A DNA stretch of 64,000 bases from the NCBI GenBank assembly GCA_001179505.1, contig CDMY01000738.1, positions 1 through 64,000 of the forward strand, given 5' to 3'. This DNA is from Vitrella brassicaformis CCMP3155 (lineage: Eukaryota > Protista > Chromerida). The stretch's first letter is position 1. Each line of letters begins with the position of its first letter. Of this stretch, positions 1 through 11,184 are shown piece after piece. Both the position numbers and the translations under genes were made by a program. The notes under the pieces are model-generated. The model was not told the DNA's origin and did no database searches. It saw only the letters and a list, made by a program, of their open reading frames with translations.

Positions 1-468
1 GAGTGACCACCGTGTGTGAAGAGATTCGACTCGAAGAGAAGCTACTCAGGAGGCTTGCTTCATCTGACGTGCCGAGGCTGTGGCCAATTTCACTTAGCTT
101 GTTGCGTTGCTGGTGCAGGTCATTGTTAGGCTGATCCTGGCGGCTCCCATTTGATTGACAAGCCGATTGACAGTCATCGAGGGCAGTCTTCGATAGCCCC
201 TTCAAGAGGCACAACCAATTGTCGAGTGAGGCTGGCAGCATCCATCGAGTGACCACCGTGTGTGAAGACATTCCACTCGAAGAGAAGCTACTCAGGAGGC
301 TTGCTTCATCTGACGTGCCGCGGCTGTGGCCAATTTCACTTAGCTTGTTGCGTTGCTGGCGCAGGTCATTGTTAGGCTGATCCTGGCGGCTCCCATTTGA
401 TTGACAAGCCGATTGACAGTCATCGAGGGCAGTCTTCGATAGCCCCTTCAACAGGCACAACCAATTGT
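1..468. repeat. 246-bp direct tandem repeat (about 1.9 copies visible)
   Basis: gagtgaccaccgtgtgtgaaga starts at 1 and at 247; the copies are near-identical to about 468. Period = 82 codons. Confidence 0.95.
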
Positions 469-823
469 ATCCAGCGATGCATTGATATACTTGACGAAGC
501 ACGGCTTCAAACGGGCTCCTGCTGCCTTCAAACGGGCGCAGCAGGAGCGGCAACATGGGGGGTGTCTTGTGTTCTTGGTGCAGCCCTCTGAGTACCTGCA
601 TGTTATGGCCACGTCTGTCTTCGAGATCTGCATGTTTTTGAGACTCTCGCCATTGTTGCATGCGTTGGTGTGCTTCTCGCCAACACTTGTGCTGTCTCTG
701 TGACGCATAATTGAACCACCACTTCGCACGCTTTTTTCGACCCCCGCCCAATTCGCGGCCCGGGGTGCCCACGCAGTGGGTGCCCCTTACTCGGAATTCG
801 AACTCGGGACAATTCGGATCATG
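1..823 (-). CDS. Partial minus-strand open frame running off the left edge; encodes 82-aa tandem repeats; function unknown
   Basis: Manual translation finds no stop from about 823 to position 1, with in-frame ATGs at 661 and 556. The 246-bp repeat keeps the frame (unit NWLCLLKGLSKTALDDCQSACQSNGSRQDQPNNDL..). It is probably absent from the ORF track because no stop lies in the window. Confidence 0.35.
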
Positions 824-1180
824 TCACGAACTCCTCCGCCACTCAAATAACCGGTCTGAGCCCTAAGGCACACCTTTCACCACACTCACCCTGCTCAAAC
901 GTCAGCCCTCCTCACATTTGCACCTTCTGGCTCTCACCCAGTTGGCATAAGCAAGTGGCTGAACTCCCCTCGCAACCCCTTCCGTACCATCCTCAAACAC
1001 TCAACTCGGCCCCGACCCTGTGGCGGCATTGACTCGAGTGACGCTTTCAGTAGCTGCGTTGGGTTCGAACTCGGGACAATTCGGATCACGACACGAACTC
1101 CTCCGCCACTCAGATAACCGGTCTGAGCCGTAAGGCGCGCCCTTCACCGCACTGACCCTGCTCAAACGTCAGGCCTCCTC
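797..1180. repeat. Two ~118-bp direct repeats (797-914 and 1064-1180), period 267 bp
   Basis: ttcgaactcgggacaattcggatc...ccctgctcaaacgtcag occurs twice with scattered substitutions. No frame stays open across both whole units. Confidence 0.9.
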
Positions 1181-1651
1181 GCCGAAGCTCGCATATTTTG
1201 AATGAGAATCTCGTTCCGTATCTTCGATGAGAGGCTCGTCTGATGCCTCCACACCTCCTCTCGTCACCATTGGTGACACCAAAAGACTTCTCGGCCCATT
1301 CACTCAGTGAGCCGGTGCGCTAAGCCTTCCCATCAGCGAGGCCAACTGAGGGAGGCAGGCAGAAAGGGAGATGATGCATGAGAGATAGAAACGACAGGCA
1401 ACACATTCCCTTCCCTCCCTGTGTGGCTGTGCAGTGTGTGGGCTGTCAGATCTGACAACGGTGCCGGGCTGAGTGAGAGGTTCTGGACGTCAGCCGGGCT
1501 GGTGTCAGAAATGATCTTCTTGATGGCTGACGCCAAAGCTCACACACTGAGCAGTGAGTCGGCAGACTGAGAGCACAGGCATACTGATGACTGCATCCCA
1601 TCTCGCTGTGTGGCTGCTTCCTTGGTGCAGGTGGTTGACCGTGTTGGTCAG

Positions 1652-3412
1652 ATGGACAGTAGCCACGACGCCCCGGCTCCCTCCAGAGGTGGGCGCCAAG
1701 AAGAGGCCGACAGCAACAAACAGCATAGCGAAGCGGTGCGCACAAGTCAGAGACCCACACAGACACACGAACCCATTGATGTGTGTCGCTGGTCAGGTGC
1801 CTGCTGATGACAGCGGCGCCAAGAAGCGTAGACGCGTAGACATCAGCCATACTGCTGCTATACTGCTGCTGCTGGTGGACACAGTGGAGGTACGCAAAGC
1901 GTCGGCTGCCGTTGGTGAACTGACATATCGTCATGGCCCTCCTGTGCTGTGTGGTGCCTTCAGGTGGCTCGATTGGTGCGAGTGGTGCTGCGGCAGCGAC
2001 ACAGCAGCAACAGGGAGGTGCCAGCTCACTGTCGGCAGGTCTGACGGCCCCCATGCAGCACCCCCACCAGCAGCAGCAGCAGCAGCAGCCCCAGCAGCAG
2101 CAGCAGCAGCAGCACCCCGTGTGGTACGTCTGCGCCCACCGCGGCAGCGATTTTCTGCTGCGGGATGTGCTGCGTCTGAGGACGACCTGCAACTGGGCCA
2201 GAGGCCTCTTCGGAGCACCTCAGCTGTGGCAGCGGCTCAGCCACTCGCTCAGCACACAGACGGGGCTGCGGCGGACGGCCAACGGACAGCAGCTGCTGAC
2301 ATTCGACGACCAGCAGATGGGCGAGGGTGACCTGCTGGCGGCGCTGTGTGTGACGGAGGCGGGCGGCTGGAGTGAGATGAGCGAGGCGGTCAAGCTGGCG
2401 GGGCAGTGCGGCAACTGCCAGCTACCTGTGAGGCTCACTGCGGGCGATCTGCACCAATACCCAAACAAGACGGTAAGCCAACCGAGTTAGGGAGCGAGGA
2501 TGGCTCTCACTCGGTGTGTGGTGTGTTGATGTGTTGTGTGTGCAGGCGTATTTGGCCGCTCTCCGTGTGTTGGCTCAGCTCAGGATGGTCGGCCCCCACA
2601 TCCACTTCGGCAGCGGCGTGGCCTTTCAGCTGTTCTTGCGCGGCAACACACTTCGGGCCATCAAGGACCAGAATGGCTACGAGATCAACATCGACCCGCC
2701 TCTCCCTCCCAACCACCTCTACCAGCAGCACCGACAGCAGCATGACCCGCCAGTCCGCTGCGGCATCAACTATTCCCCGCTGTCGCCCGGGGGCTGGCAG
2801 TCGCCGCATAGTGGTCACTACCCGTCAGTGTCGTCGTGTGTTAAGAGCATCGTCATCCGCCACTTCAAGGGGACTCACCAGGCCAACACCACGAACAGCC
2901 ATTCTATCGACAGGTGAGGCCGGGCATCACTCTTGTGTTGGAATGGTCACATCACATACAAGTGTATGTTGTGTGTGTGTGTCAGGCATGCTGACAACAG
3001 CTGGATGGACACTCTACTGACACAGTCATCCCACACACTAGTAGAGGGATGCACCACCACAGCATCGTACCGCTCCACGACCCGCTCCACTTACCGTCGT
3101 CTCGTCCTGACCGACGCCAGCCACTCGTTCGTCGCATGGATCATCGTCTAGGATCTGCACATCAATAATGTCGGTCAGCCCAGCACGGCACAGCGAGGGA
3201 GAGGGCGCACAAGCGAATAATCATACATACAACACTCACTCTCATCTCGGTCCTCTGCTGTCATTCGTTTGCAGTGGATGTGTACATCTACACGACCGAG
3301 TCGGCTGTGTCTGGTGTGGGTGGCGCCTTCCAAGGACCGCTTCCCAGTGACCACTCGGCTGGCGCGTACGGTGCTGGGGGCCGTCATCTCAGCCAGGATC
3401 TTCGGCCAATAG
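1652..3412 (+). pseudogene. Family A copy A1 (F-box-like N-terminus, poly-Gln, KKRRR motif); disrupted
   Basis: Six exons colinear with A2. An 11-nt duplication (catactgctgc/tatactgctgc, 1848-1869) shifts the frame relative to A2. TAG at 3149-3151 lies where A2 has CAG. Confidence 0.75.
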
Positions 3413-4203
3413 ACACCTGAGGTATGTCTGCATCAAACACGATTGAGACGAGCAGATGATGCCCGGACGAGGTACCAATGCTGTCCGTTCTATCCATGTG
3501 TGTGTCAGGCTGGGCGGCGGTGTTGGCCTTGGAGCGATCCGCCCGACAGATTCACTCTTGTACAGTCGCTGCATGAATCTGTGGGTGGTAGATAGAGGGG
3601 CGCGCGGGGGGTGGGGCACTCGCTTTCGTGTGCCGTGTGGTGCTAGACAGACGTCTGCATGTCTTTGCTTGCAGTGAGTGAGAGGAAGCGTGTGCGTGTC
3701 CGTTGCGCGCGTTGTGCACATTGGCGTCTGATGGACGGATGTATGTGTTCGTGTTGCTGAATGCCTGGCTGTCGTTGCGAACGAATGGGCTTAGGTGATC
3801 ACACGAACCACAACGCACCACCAACACACACATATGAGCTGTGCACACAAGGGTCTCCATCTGCCTGCCTGTGTGTCTCTTTTGACGCCCGCACCCTTGA
3901 TGCGGCGTTTGTTCTCGTACAATACAGTAGGCAGCGATGCCTGGAAGCCAGCCAGCGCTTTCACGTCACCCACGGACACACACAATTCACTCACGCACGC
4001 CCGAAAGCAGGTAGAGGGCCCGGTGCAGTCAGTCACTGTCAGGCAGATATCGATAGACGGGCAGACAGGCGGATGGTGGTCAGAGATAGGTGGGCGGATG
4101 GACGTCGGATCGGATGGATACCGATCGATCGGATCGATCTGCATCATTGCATTTGTATACGTATCTGTATGTGTATGTGTATGTGTCCCCGATCCATGTT
4201 GTG

Positions 4204-4209
4204 TACGTG

Positions 4210-4240
<31 letters not shown>

Positions 4241-4243
4241 GTA
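4204..4243. repeat. (ATGT)n microsatellite, one example of the many (CA/GT)n, (CAGA/TCTG)n, (GATG)n and (CAG)n tracts across the window
   Basis: Directly visible gtatgtatgtatg.. run; a similar tract lies at about 50525-50585. Confidence 0.9.
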
Positions 4244-5063
4244 AGTCTGATCGATCGAGGAGAGAGTGATTTGTACGGATCGGATGGGCGCGGGTTAATT
4301 GCGGTGCGCAGACGTGTGCGCGTGTCACTCACTATATATAACGAGAGATATCAATTGACTGACTGGCGCCGGCGTGGGGTTTGGCTGACTGACTGACTGG
4401 TTGGTCGACTGATTTGATGGATGGATGCATTTGGACCAACTCTGGCACTCATTGCCTCACTCAGACTCTATTGAGTGAAGAAAGCGATGGCTTCTTTGCA
4501 ACAAAGAAACGCACCCACAAGATCGAAGCAGCGGTTGATAGCACGAAGCTTCGTATGTACTTCCCGGGTAGGCGAAGTCATCGGCCTACGGGGGAAGCTG
4601 GCGGGGGCGAGTATTCTCGCCGAAGCTCGCATTAATCTGGCGAACAGATTGTCTGATGCCTCCACACTCTCATCACCATCATCGGTGAGACCAAAAAACC
4701 TCTCCACACATTCACTCAGTAAGCCGGTGCGCTACGCCTTCCCATCAGCGAGGCCAACTGAGGGAGGCAGGCAGGCAGACAGATGATGCATGACAGATGG
4801 AAACGACAGGCAACACATTCCCTTCCCTCCCTGCGTGGCTGTGCGGTGTGTGGGCTGTCAGATCTGACGGTGACGGGCTGAGTGAGAGGTCGGCTGCGGC
4901 GGGCAGCACTGAGTCGGGCTGCTTCTTGATGGCGATGGCTGACAACACAACTCACACACTGAGCAGTGAGTCGGCAGACTGAGAGCACAGGCACACTGAT
5001 GACTGCACCCCATCTCGCTGTGTGGCTGCTTCCTTGGTGCAGGTGGTTGACCGTGTTGGTCAG

Positions 5064-6776
5064 ATGGACAGTAGCCACGACGCCCCGGCTCCCTCGAGAC
5101 GTGGGCACCAAGAAGAGACCGACAGCAACAAACAGCATAGCGAAGCGGTGCGCACAAGTCACAGACCCACCCACACAGACAGACACACAAACCCATTGGT
5201 GTGTGTCAATCGCTGGTCAGGTGCCTGATGATGACGGCGGCGCCAAGAAGCGTAGACGCGTAGACATCAGCCCTGCTGCTGGTGGTGGGCATAGCGGAGG
5301 TACGCAAAGCATCGGCTGCTGTCGATGGACTGCATATCGTCATGACCCTCCTGTGCTGTGTGTTGTGTGGTGCCTTCAGGTGGCTCGATTGGTGCGGGTG
5401 GTGCTGCGGCAGAGTCACAGCAGCAACAGGGAGGTGCCACCTCACTGTCGGCAGATCTGACGGCTTTCAACATGCAGCACCCCCACCAGCAGCAGCAGCA
5501 GCAGCACCCCGTGTGGTACGTCCTCGCCCACCGCGGCAGCGATTTTCTGCTGCGGGATGTGCTGCGTCTGAGGAAGACCTGCAGCTGGGCCAGAGGCCTC
5601 TTCGGAGCACCTCAGCTGCGACAGCGGCTCAGCCATTCGCTCAGCACACAGGCGGGGCTGCGGCGGACGGCCAACGGACAGCAGCTGCTGACATTCGCCG
5701 ACCAGCAGATGGGTGTGGGTGACCTGCTGGCGGCGCTGTGTGTGACGGAGGCGGGCGGCTGGAGTGAGATGAGCGAGGCGGTCGAGCTGGCGGGGCAGTG
5801 CGGCAACTACCAGCTGCCTGTGAGGCTCACTTCGGCCGATCTGCACCGATACGCAAACAAGACGGTAAGCCAACCGAGGGAGGGAGGGAGAAGGGATGGC
5901 TCTCATTCGGTGTGTGGTGTGTTGATGTGGTGTGTGTGTAGGCGTATTTGGCCGCTCTCCGTGTGTTGGCTCAGCTGAAGATGGTCGGCCCCCACATCCA
6001 CTTCGGCAGCGGCGTGGCCTTCCAACTGTTCTTGCGCGGCAACACACTTCGGGCCATCAAGGACCAGAACGGCTACGAGATCAACATCAACCCGCCCCTC
6101 CCTCTCAACCACCTCTACCAACAGCACCGACAGCAACATGACCCACCAGTCCGCAGCAGGATCACATATTCCTCGTCCACGGGCTGGCAGTCGCTGATTG
6201 GGGAGGCTCGGGTCTACTCGTCTGTGTCATCGATGGTCAAGAAGATCATCATCGACCACTTCAACGGGACTCACCCCACCGTCACCACTCACTACCGTAT
6301 AGTCGACAGGTGAGGCGGGGCATCACTCTGTGTGGGCATTGTGACGACACACGAGTATGTGTTATGTGTATCAGGCATGTCGACAACAGCCGGCTGCACA
6401 GCATCATGACACAGTCCCCTCACACACCAGTGGAGGGATGCACCACAACCGCATCATTCCGCTTTGCTGCCATTTTCGCTGACCGTCGTTATCTCGTCCT
6501 GACCAACGCCAGCCATCCCTTCGTCGCATGGATCTACATCCAGGATGTGCTGCACAACACTGCTCAGCCCAGTCCGGCACAGCGAGGGGGAGGAAATGCG
6601 CCACTCTCATCTCTGTCCTCTGCTGTCATCCATTTGCAGTCGCTGTTTGTGTCAGGACGACCGAGCCGAATGTGTCTGGCGTGGGTGGCGCCTTCAAGGA
6701 CCGCTTCCCAGTGACTTATCGGCTGGCGCGTGTGGTGCTGGGGGCCGTCATCTCAGCCGTGGTCTTCGACCAATAG
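5064..6776 (+). CDS. Family A copy A2, uncharacterised F-box-like protein; last intron donor mutated
   Basis: Exons MDSSHDAP.. / VPDDDGGAKKRRRVD.. / ..LLRDVLRLRKTCSW..ANKT / AYLAALRVLAQLKMVGPHIHFG..HDPPVRS.. / HVDNSRL..HPFVAWI / ..TTE..FKDRFP..*. The donor at 6563 reads CTCAGC where paralogues have GTCAGC/GTTAGC. Confidence 0.7.
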
Positions 6777-8229
6777 ACAGCTGAGGTATGTGTGCATCAA
6801 ACACGACTGAGACGAGGAGAAGACGAGTACACGACAAACCAATGGTGTCTTTGTCTGTCCATCCATGTGTGTGTCAGGCCGGGCAGTGGTGCTGAAATCG
6901 AAGCGATCCGCCCGACAGGTTCTCTCTGGACGGATCTCGTACAGTGTGGGTTACCGGTAGATAGAGGGGGGCCGGTGGGGACCTCCTCTCCGGCCGTGTG
7001 ATGTGCTCTCTGCTGTGGTACTGGCTGATGGATGGATGGATAGATGGTCTGCTTCCTTATGTCCACTTTTTGCTAACACCTGCCTGGCTGGCTCGCTTGT
7101 CCCTGTCTGTCGTGGTGCTGTCCCCTCCCCTCCCATTGCTCCCCTCTCCCACTGCCCCCACTCATGTGCATTGGCCGACCAGACCGGCGATATTTCAGTC
7201 GGAGAGATCGAGAACAGACAGCAGCGAGGGGAGATGGGCGGACAGAAGGCTAGGCAAGGCACACACACGGTGGGAGAATCGAAGTAGCCCCTCGGCGAGC
7301 CTTAACACTGACAGACAGACCGAGATGGTGTGAGCGTGGATTTGACTTGATCCGACTTCATTGACTGCATTTCTTTTGATGTGTGTGCCATGGCGTCAAT
7401 GTGTGTGTGTGGATGAACCTCAAGTTGGCCATACGCCAGCCGAAGCACTAGTAAATCGACGAGCGCAGGATCAGTTGACGCCCCTCAGCGTGAACGACAT
7501 CACCTCAATCTTAGAGACGTCTGACTCATTCAATTCACACAACAGATAGGGAACCCGGCGGTCTGTCTCTCTGCCCACACCGGCATCTGTTCTCTCTGGA
7601 TGGATTGATTCGATCAATGCACTTGACTGCTGATGCTCAAGCTGCCTCTGGCCACTTTAGCACAACCAACAACATTACAACAATCACGCCAACAATCAGG
7701 CCGCGACTACCGGGCCACCGACACGTGAGTGTCTCGACGGATTGGCGTATTGCTACCGCTAGTGGCTCGGTCCGTCGGAAGAGGGCGGGGGCGAGGGATG
7801 AAGGTATGGTAAGACAGCAGGATGAGCCATCGAGACATCGAAAGGGAGGCGAACACGGCACAAAAAATGTCTGCCAGAGCAGCACGCCATCACACCAATG
7901 GTCGGTCATAACAAAAACCCGACAAAGGCGCTCATTCTCCCTTTCCCTCTCCCAACGTCTACACGCCAGCATCTGGCAGCCCCCATCTGTCAATTCTGCA
8001 CAGCTACCTGGTCACTCGTCCACACACACAGACACTCACACACACACATCGCAGCCAGTCCATGCAGCACATAAGTGTCGTCAGCTGATCCCCACTGCCC
8101 CTCTGCTATGAATGACCCACCACACACAACAGCCGGCCTGACAGACACCACCATCACCACACACAGAGATCAGACACGAACACGGTCACAAAATCAGCCC
8201 CTCTTATCAATGAGTGCCATTCCCTCACC

Positions 8230-10274
8230 TCAGGCATTGAGAACTGCAGTCATTGTCACCCATGTGCCCCCATAGCCACTGATGCTTCTGATGGTGAAGC
8301 TGTCGATGTTGGTGCCGACAGGGACGGAGGTCTCGATGGAAGCACGCTGCTCAGCTGTCGTCCCGTCGACTCTCAGCTCCACACACTGCAGGCCCCTGAT
8401 GTGCGAGGTCACCGAGGAGAGGCTGGTGCGGACGAAGCTGCCGGCATCCTCCACACTATCGGGCACTGAAGGGGAGGGAACACACACGGCAGAAATGAGG
8501 ACGGAGGAACACAAATGGCCTCTTCTCTCAGCGTACGTGTCATTGTGAAACGAAGTTCCCTGATCGTCGGCAACTCGTTGGCCGCCCCCAGCAGCTGGTC
8601 GACACCGATGTGCCCCATCCACACCTCACCCACCTCTCTCTCACTCGCCAGCGCCGTCAACACGCCCACCCTTTCCTCACCCGACAGCCTGTTGATGTAC
8701 ACCCTCCCCAGCTCCTTGGGCATCTTGTCGGCCAGCAGCCGGGCGGCTGCACCACCCAGGTCGCTCGAGACATACAGCTGTGAGGCCTTGGGGAACGGCT
8801 GCATGTGGGCGATGATGGCGGGGTAGGGCGATGGGGTGTTGGCGCGGGGATGGAAGCCAGGGGCATGATTCTCGACGATCACCTCACGGCCTTGTCGGAA
8901 AGAGAGGCCGGATACAATGTCGACGGCCGATTCACTGGGGCTGCCGAGGTTGTCGGTGAGGCCATCCTCGGTGAAGATGTACTCCACCGATGAGGCCGTG
9001 TCTGCCAGCTGCTGGATCATGGTCTTGAATGAGGGTGAGGGATGGGAGGGGAGGGGAAGTTGGGGTGGTACAAGATGGAGAGGTCGAAGCCGAAACGGCT
9101 GGTGTTGGTGAGCGTGAGTGGGGCGTCCTGTCGGCAGCACGCGCCGACCAGCTGGTCCAGGGCCAGCAGTAAGGGTAATGTGGGGCGGCCGATTCTGTAG
9201 AACTCACTCGAGTGCAGCTCCTTGAGTGACCGTCGACAGCCCCGCGCAACGAGCACTTCCTGAAGGCAAGAATACATGCAAGAAGGACATCATGAGCCAA
9301 TCCACACTGTACATGTGTGTGCGTTGTAGTCACCTGAAGCTGCTCGATGCCCGCCGGACGCTACCTTCGACCACGATGGTGCCGATGCTCTCCAGCTGGG
9401 CGAGTGGCCCTCCCTGCTGCCCAGCAGGTGTCGCAGGGATGCGCTCGAACACCCTCGCCCATCCCTCATCCCTAAAGCTACCGTCCACACACTGCAACGA
9501 GCGGGACGAGCTGATGAGCTTGCCCAGGCTGCCGGGGAGCCACCCCTCCTGCCGCACGATGGCAAGTGAGGGCATCCGCCAGCCCCGGTAGGCCAGCACC
9601 TCATGGTCGCCTGTCAGGCCAGCGATGATGGTGAGTGCGTCGAGGGTGAGGGGCGGGTCGAGAGGGGCTGGGAGGGGTGGGTGTGTCCTCGCGACGCTCT
9701 GCCTCGCCGTGCCGGTCAGCCGAACGCCTCCCTCGATGGCGATGGTCTGCAGCGTCCCGCCGCACAGGTTGGCTGCCCGTCGGTCGGCGATGTGGCCCTC
9801 GATGACGGCCACAAAGACGTCGAAACACCAGCAAGGGAAGCAGAGAGGGTATTGGAGAGTGATGGTTGTGAGCTGTCTGAGGTATGTGGCCCATTCCTTG
9901 ACGAGGTCGATGGTGGCCCTCTGCCAAAACGACCGCTGGTCTTCGTCCGCCGCGCTGATGGCGAGGTGGTGCTGTTTGCGGGCCGCGTGTTGCCATGTGA
10001 GGGGCGGCAGCTGCAGCTGCATGAGCAGATGAATGGGGAGGAATGCCATGACGATGCTAAGGAGACCGGGCTGCACACAACCACACACCACACGGGACGG
10101 CAAGGGATGTGGGTATCCATCAGTGGATGGCCTCAGTGCGTGTGGTTGGCTCACAGGCGCATTCCCCCAGAAGCGTCTTTCCCTCTCAGCCCGACGCTGC
10201 CGCTCCTCAACGCTCTCGCCGCCAGCATCGTCACCAGATGCAGCCGATGAAGACGAAGCCGGTGCCTGACACAT
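8230..10274 (-). pseudogene. Family B copy B1 (F-box-like LLSIVMAFLP motif followed by LRR-like repeats); two frameshifts
   Basis: Colinear with B2. A 1-nt deletion near 9358 (GGT AGC G-T CCG vs GGT ACC AGC GAT CCG in B2) and a 5-nt excess near 9045-9056. The ORF track shows the protein split across frames (9330..10295, 9017..9277, 8409..9140). Confidence 0.75.
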
Positions 10275-11184
10275 ACGAGTCCTTTTGACCTGCACACATA
10301 CCCCAAACAGACACAGCCGATGTCCGTCTGGTGAAGTGCGCCGTCCATTGCCAGCGGTGCTGTGATGCGCCTCACCTTTCTATCGAATCCCATCCCTGTA
10401 GATCTGATTCAGCGGCTCACAGTAGCGGCTCGCTGCAATGAGAACTCCAATGTCTCCACTGAGGCGGCGACCGAGGCGGCTACTTGACCGAAGCTCACGG
10501 TCTCTCCCTGACGGACAAACACACACAGCCCAGGAGTGCGGCAACGATGGTGAATTCGCCATCTTCCTGCCCTCTCCGCCGCACCTCAGGATGGACAGAC
10601 GCGACGATTCTTCTCAGTATAACTCATCGATCTGAGGCGAAGCAAGCACAATGCGGAACCTCAGCTACCCCTCGATGGCTGCACAAGGGTGCTCGCCTCT
10701 CCTCGCCTCCCCTCCCTTGAGGTTTGTTTCTCTTCGTGAAACCGCTGCGGAGAGACAGGCTTTTTTCCATTGGATTGGTTCTGCTCACATGTTGGGAGGC
10801 CGCCCCACATGGGGGGGCTACACGAGACTACTATCCATCGACCTGGCAATGTATGTATCTACCTGTATATGTATTGTGTATGAGAGTAGGAGACGCAATC
10901 ATCGCATCCATTCATGAGTGTGTGCCTCATTGCGGCACGCCACCATACATTCCAAGCACTAACTAGTGTCAAATCAACTCGATGATACCCTACACGGCGA
11001 GAGACCTCACACACACATGTAGCCACCCACCCCGCCCACCCCATTCACTCACCCACACAGCGTCAAACCGATCCCTCGTCTCACATCAATGTGGACACAC
11101 ACACACACGCGGCAAGCAGGCAGGCAGGCCTGTCAGCTGACAACAATGCACACAGGATGCCAATGGACCAACACACCCATTCTC

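Larger units (their letters stand above)
1175..6930 (+). repeat. Tandem segmental duplication of the family-A gene unit (about 1175-3560 vs 4615-6930)
   Basis: Upstream sequence (cgaagctcgcat...cccatcagcgaggccaactgagggaggcaggcag), exons, introns and 3' flank are colinear with an offset of about 3.4 kb. Confidence 0.9.

Noticed and set aside
821-826. In-frame TGA (TGT in the sister repeat) at the top of the left-edge open frame as a possible second Sec codon
   Set aside because: No selenoprotein homology, the frame is closed further upstream, and any SECIS would lie outside the window.
1-1180. Direct repeats as a CRISPR array or LTR pair
   Set aside because: Units are 118-246 bp with no spacer architecture, no TG..CA termini, PBS or TSD, and no cas or pol genes; the context is eukaryotic.
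1524-1554. ATGGCTGACGCC.. upstream exon (also ~4930-4965) as the first coding exon of A1/A2
   Set aside because: Its phase-1 donor joined to the next exon gives AGT GGT TGA (stop) in both copies; treated as 5' UTR or uORF.
1446-2330. Long ORFs 1446..2192(-) and 1554..2330(+), and similar poly-Cys/poly-Ala ORFs elsewhere (5442..6047, 41588..42826, 40350..41318)
   Set aside because: Antisense or off-frame shadows of GC-rich A/B exons and CAG repeats.
7361-8111. Short ORFs and exon-like patches between A2 and B1 (e.g. EPQVGHTPAEALVNRR.., ASGHFSTTNNITT..)
   Set aside because: No consistent splice chain or recognisable motif; cannot be told apart from UTR or spacer.
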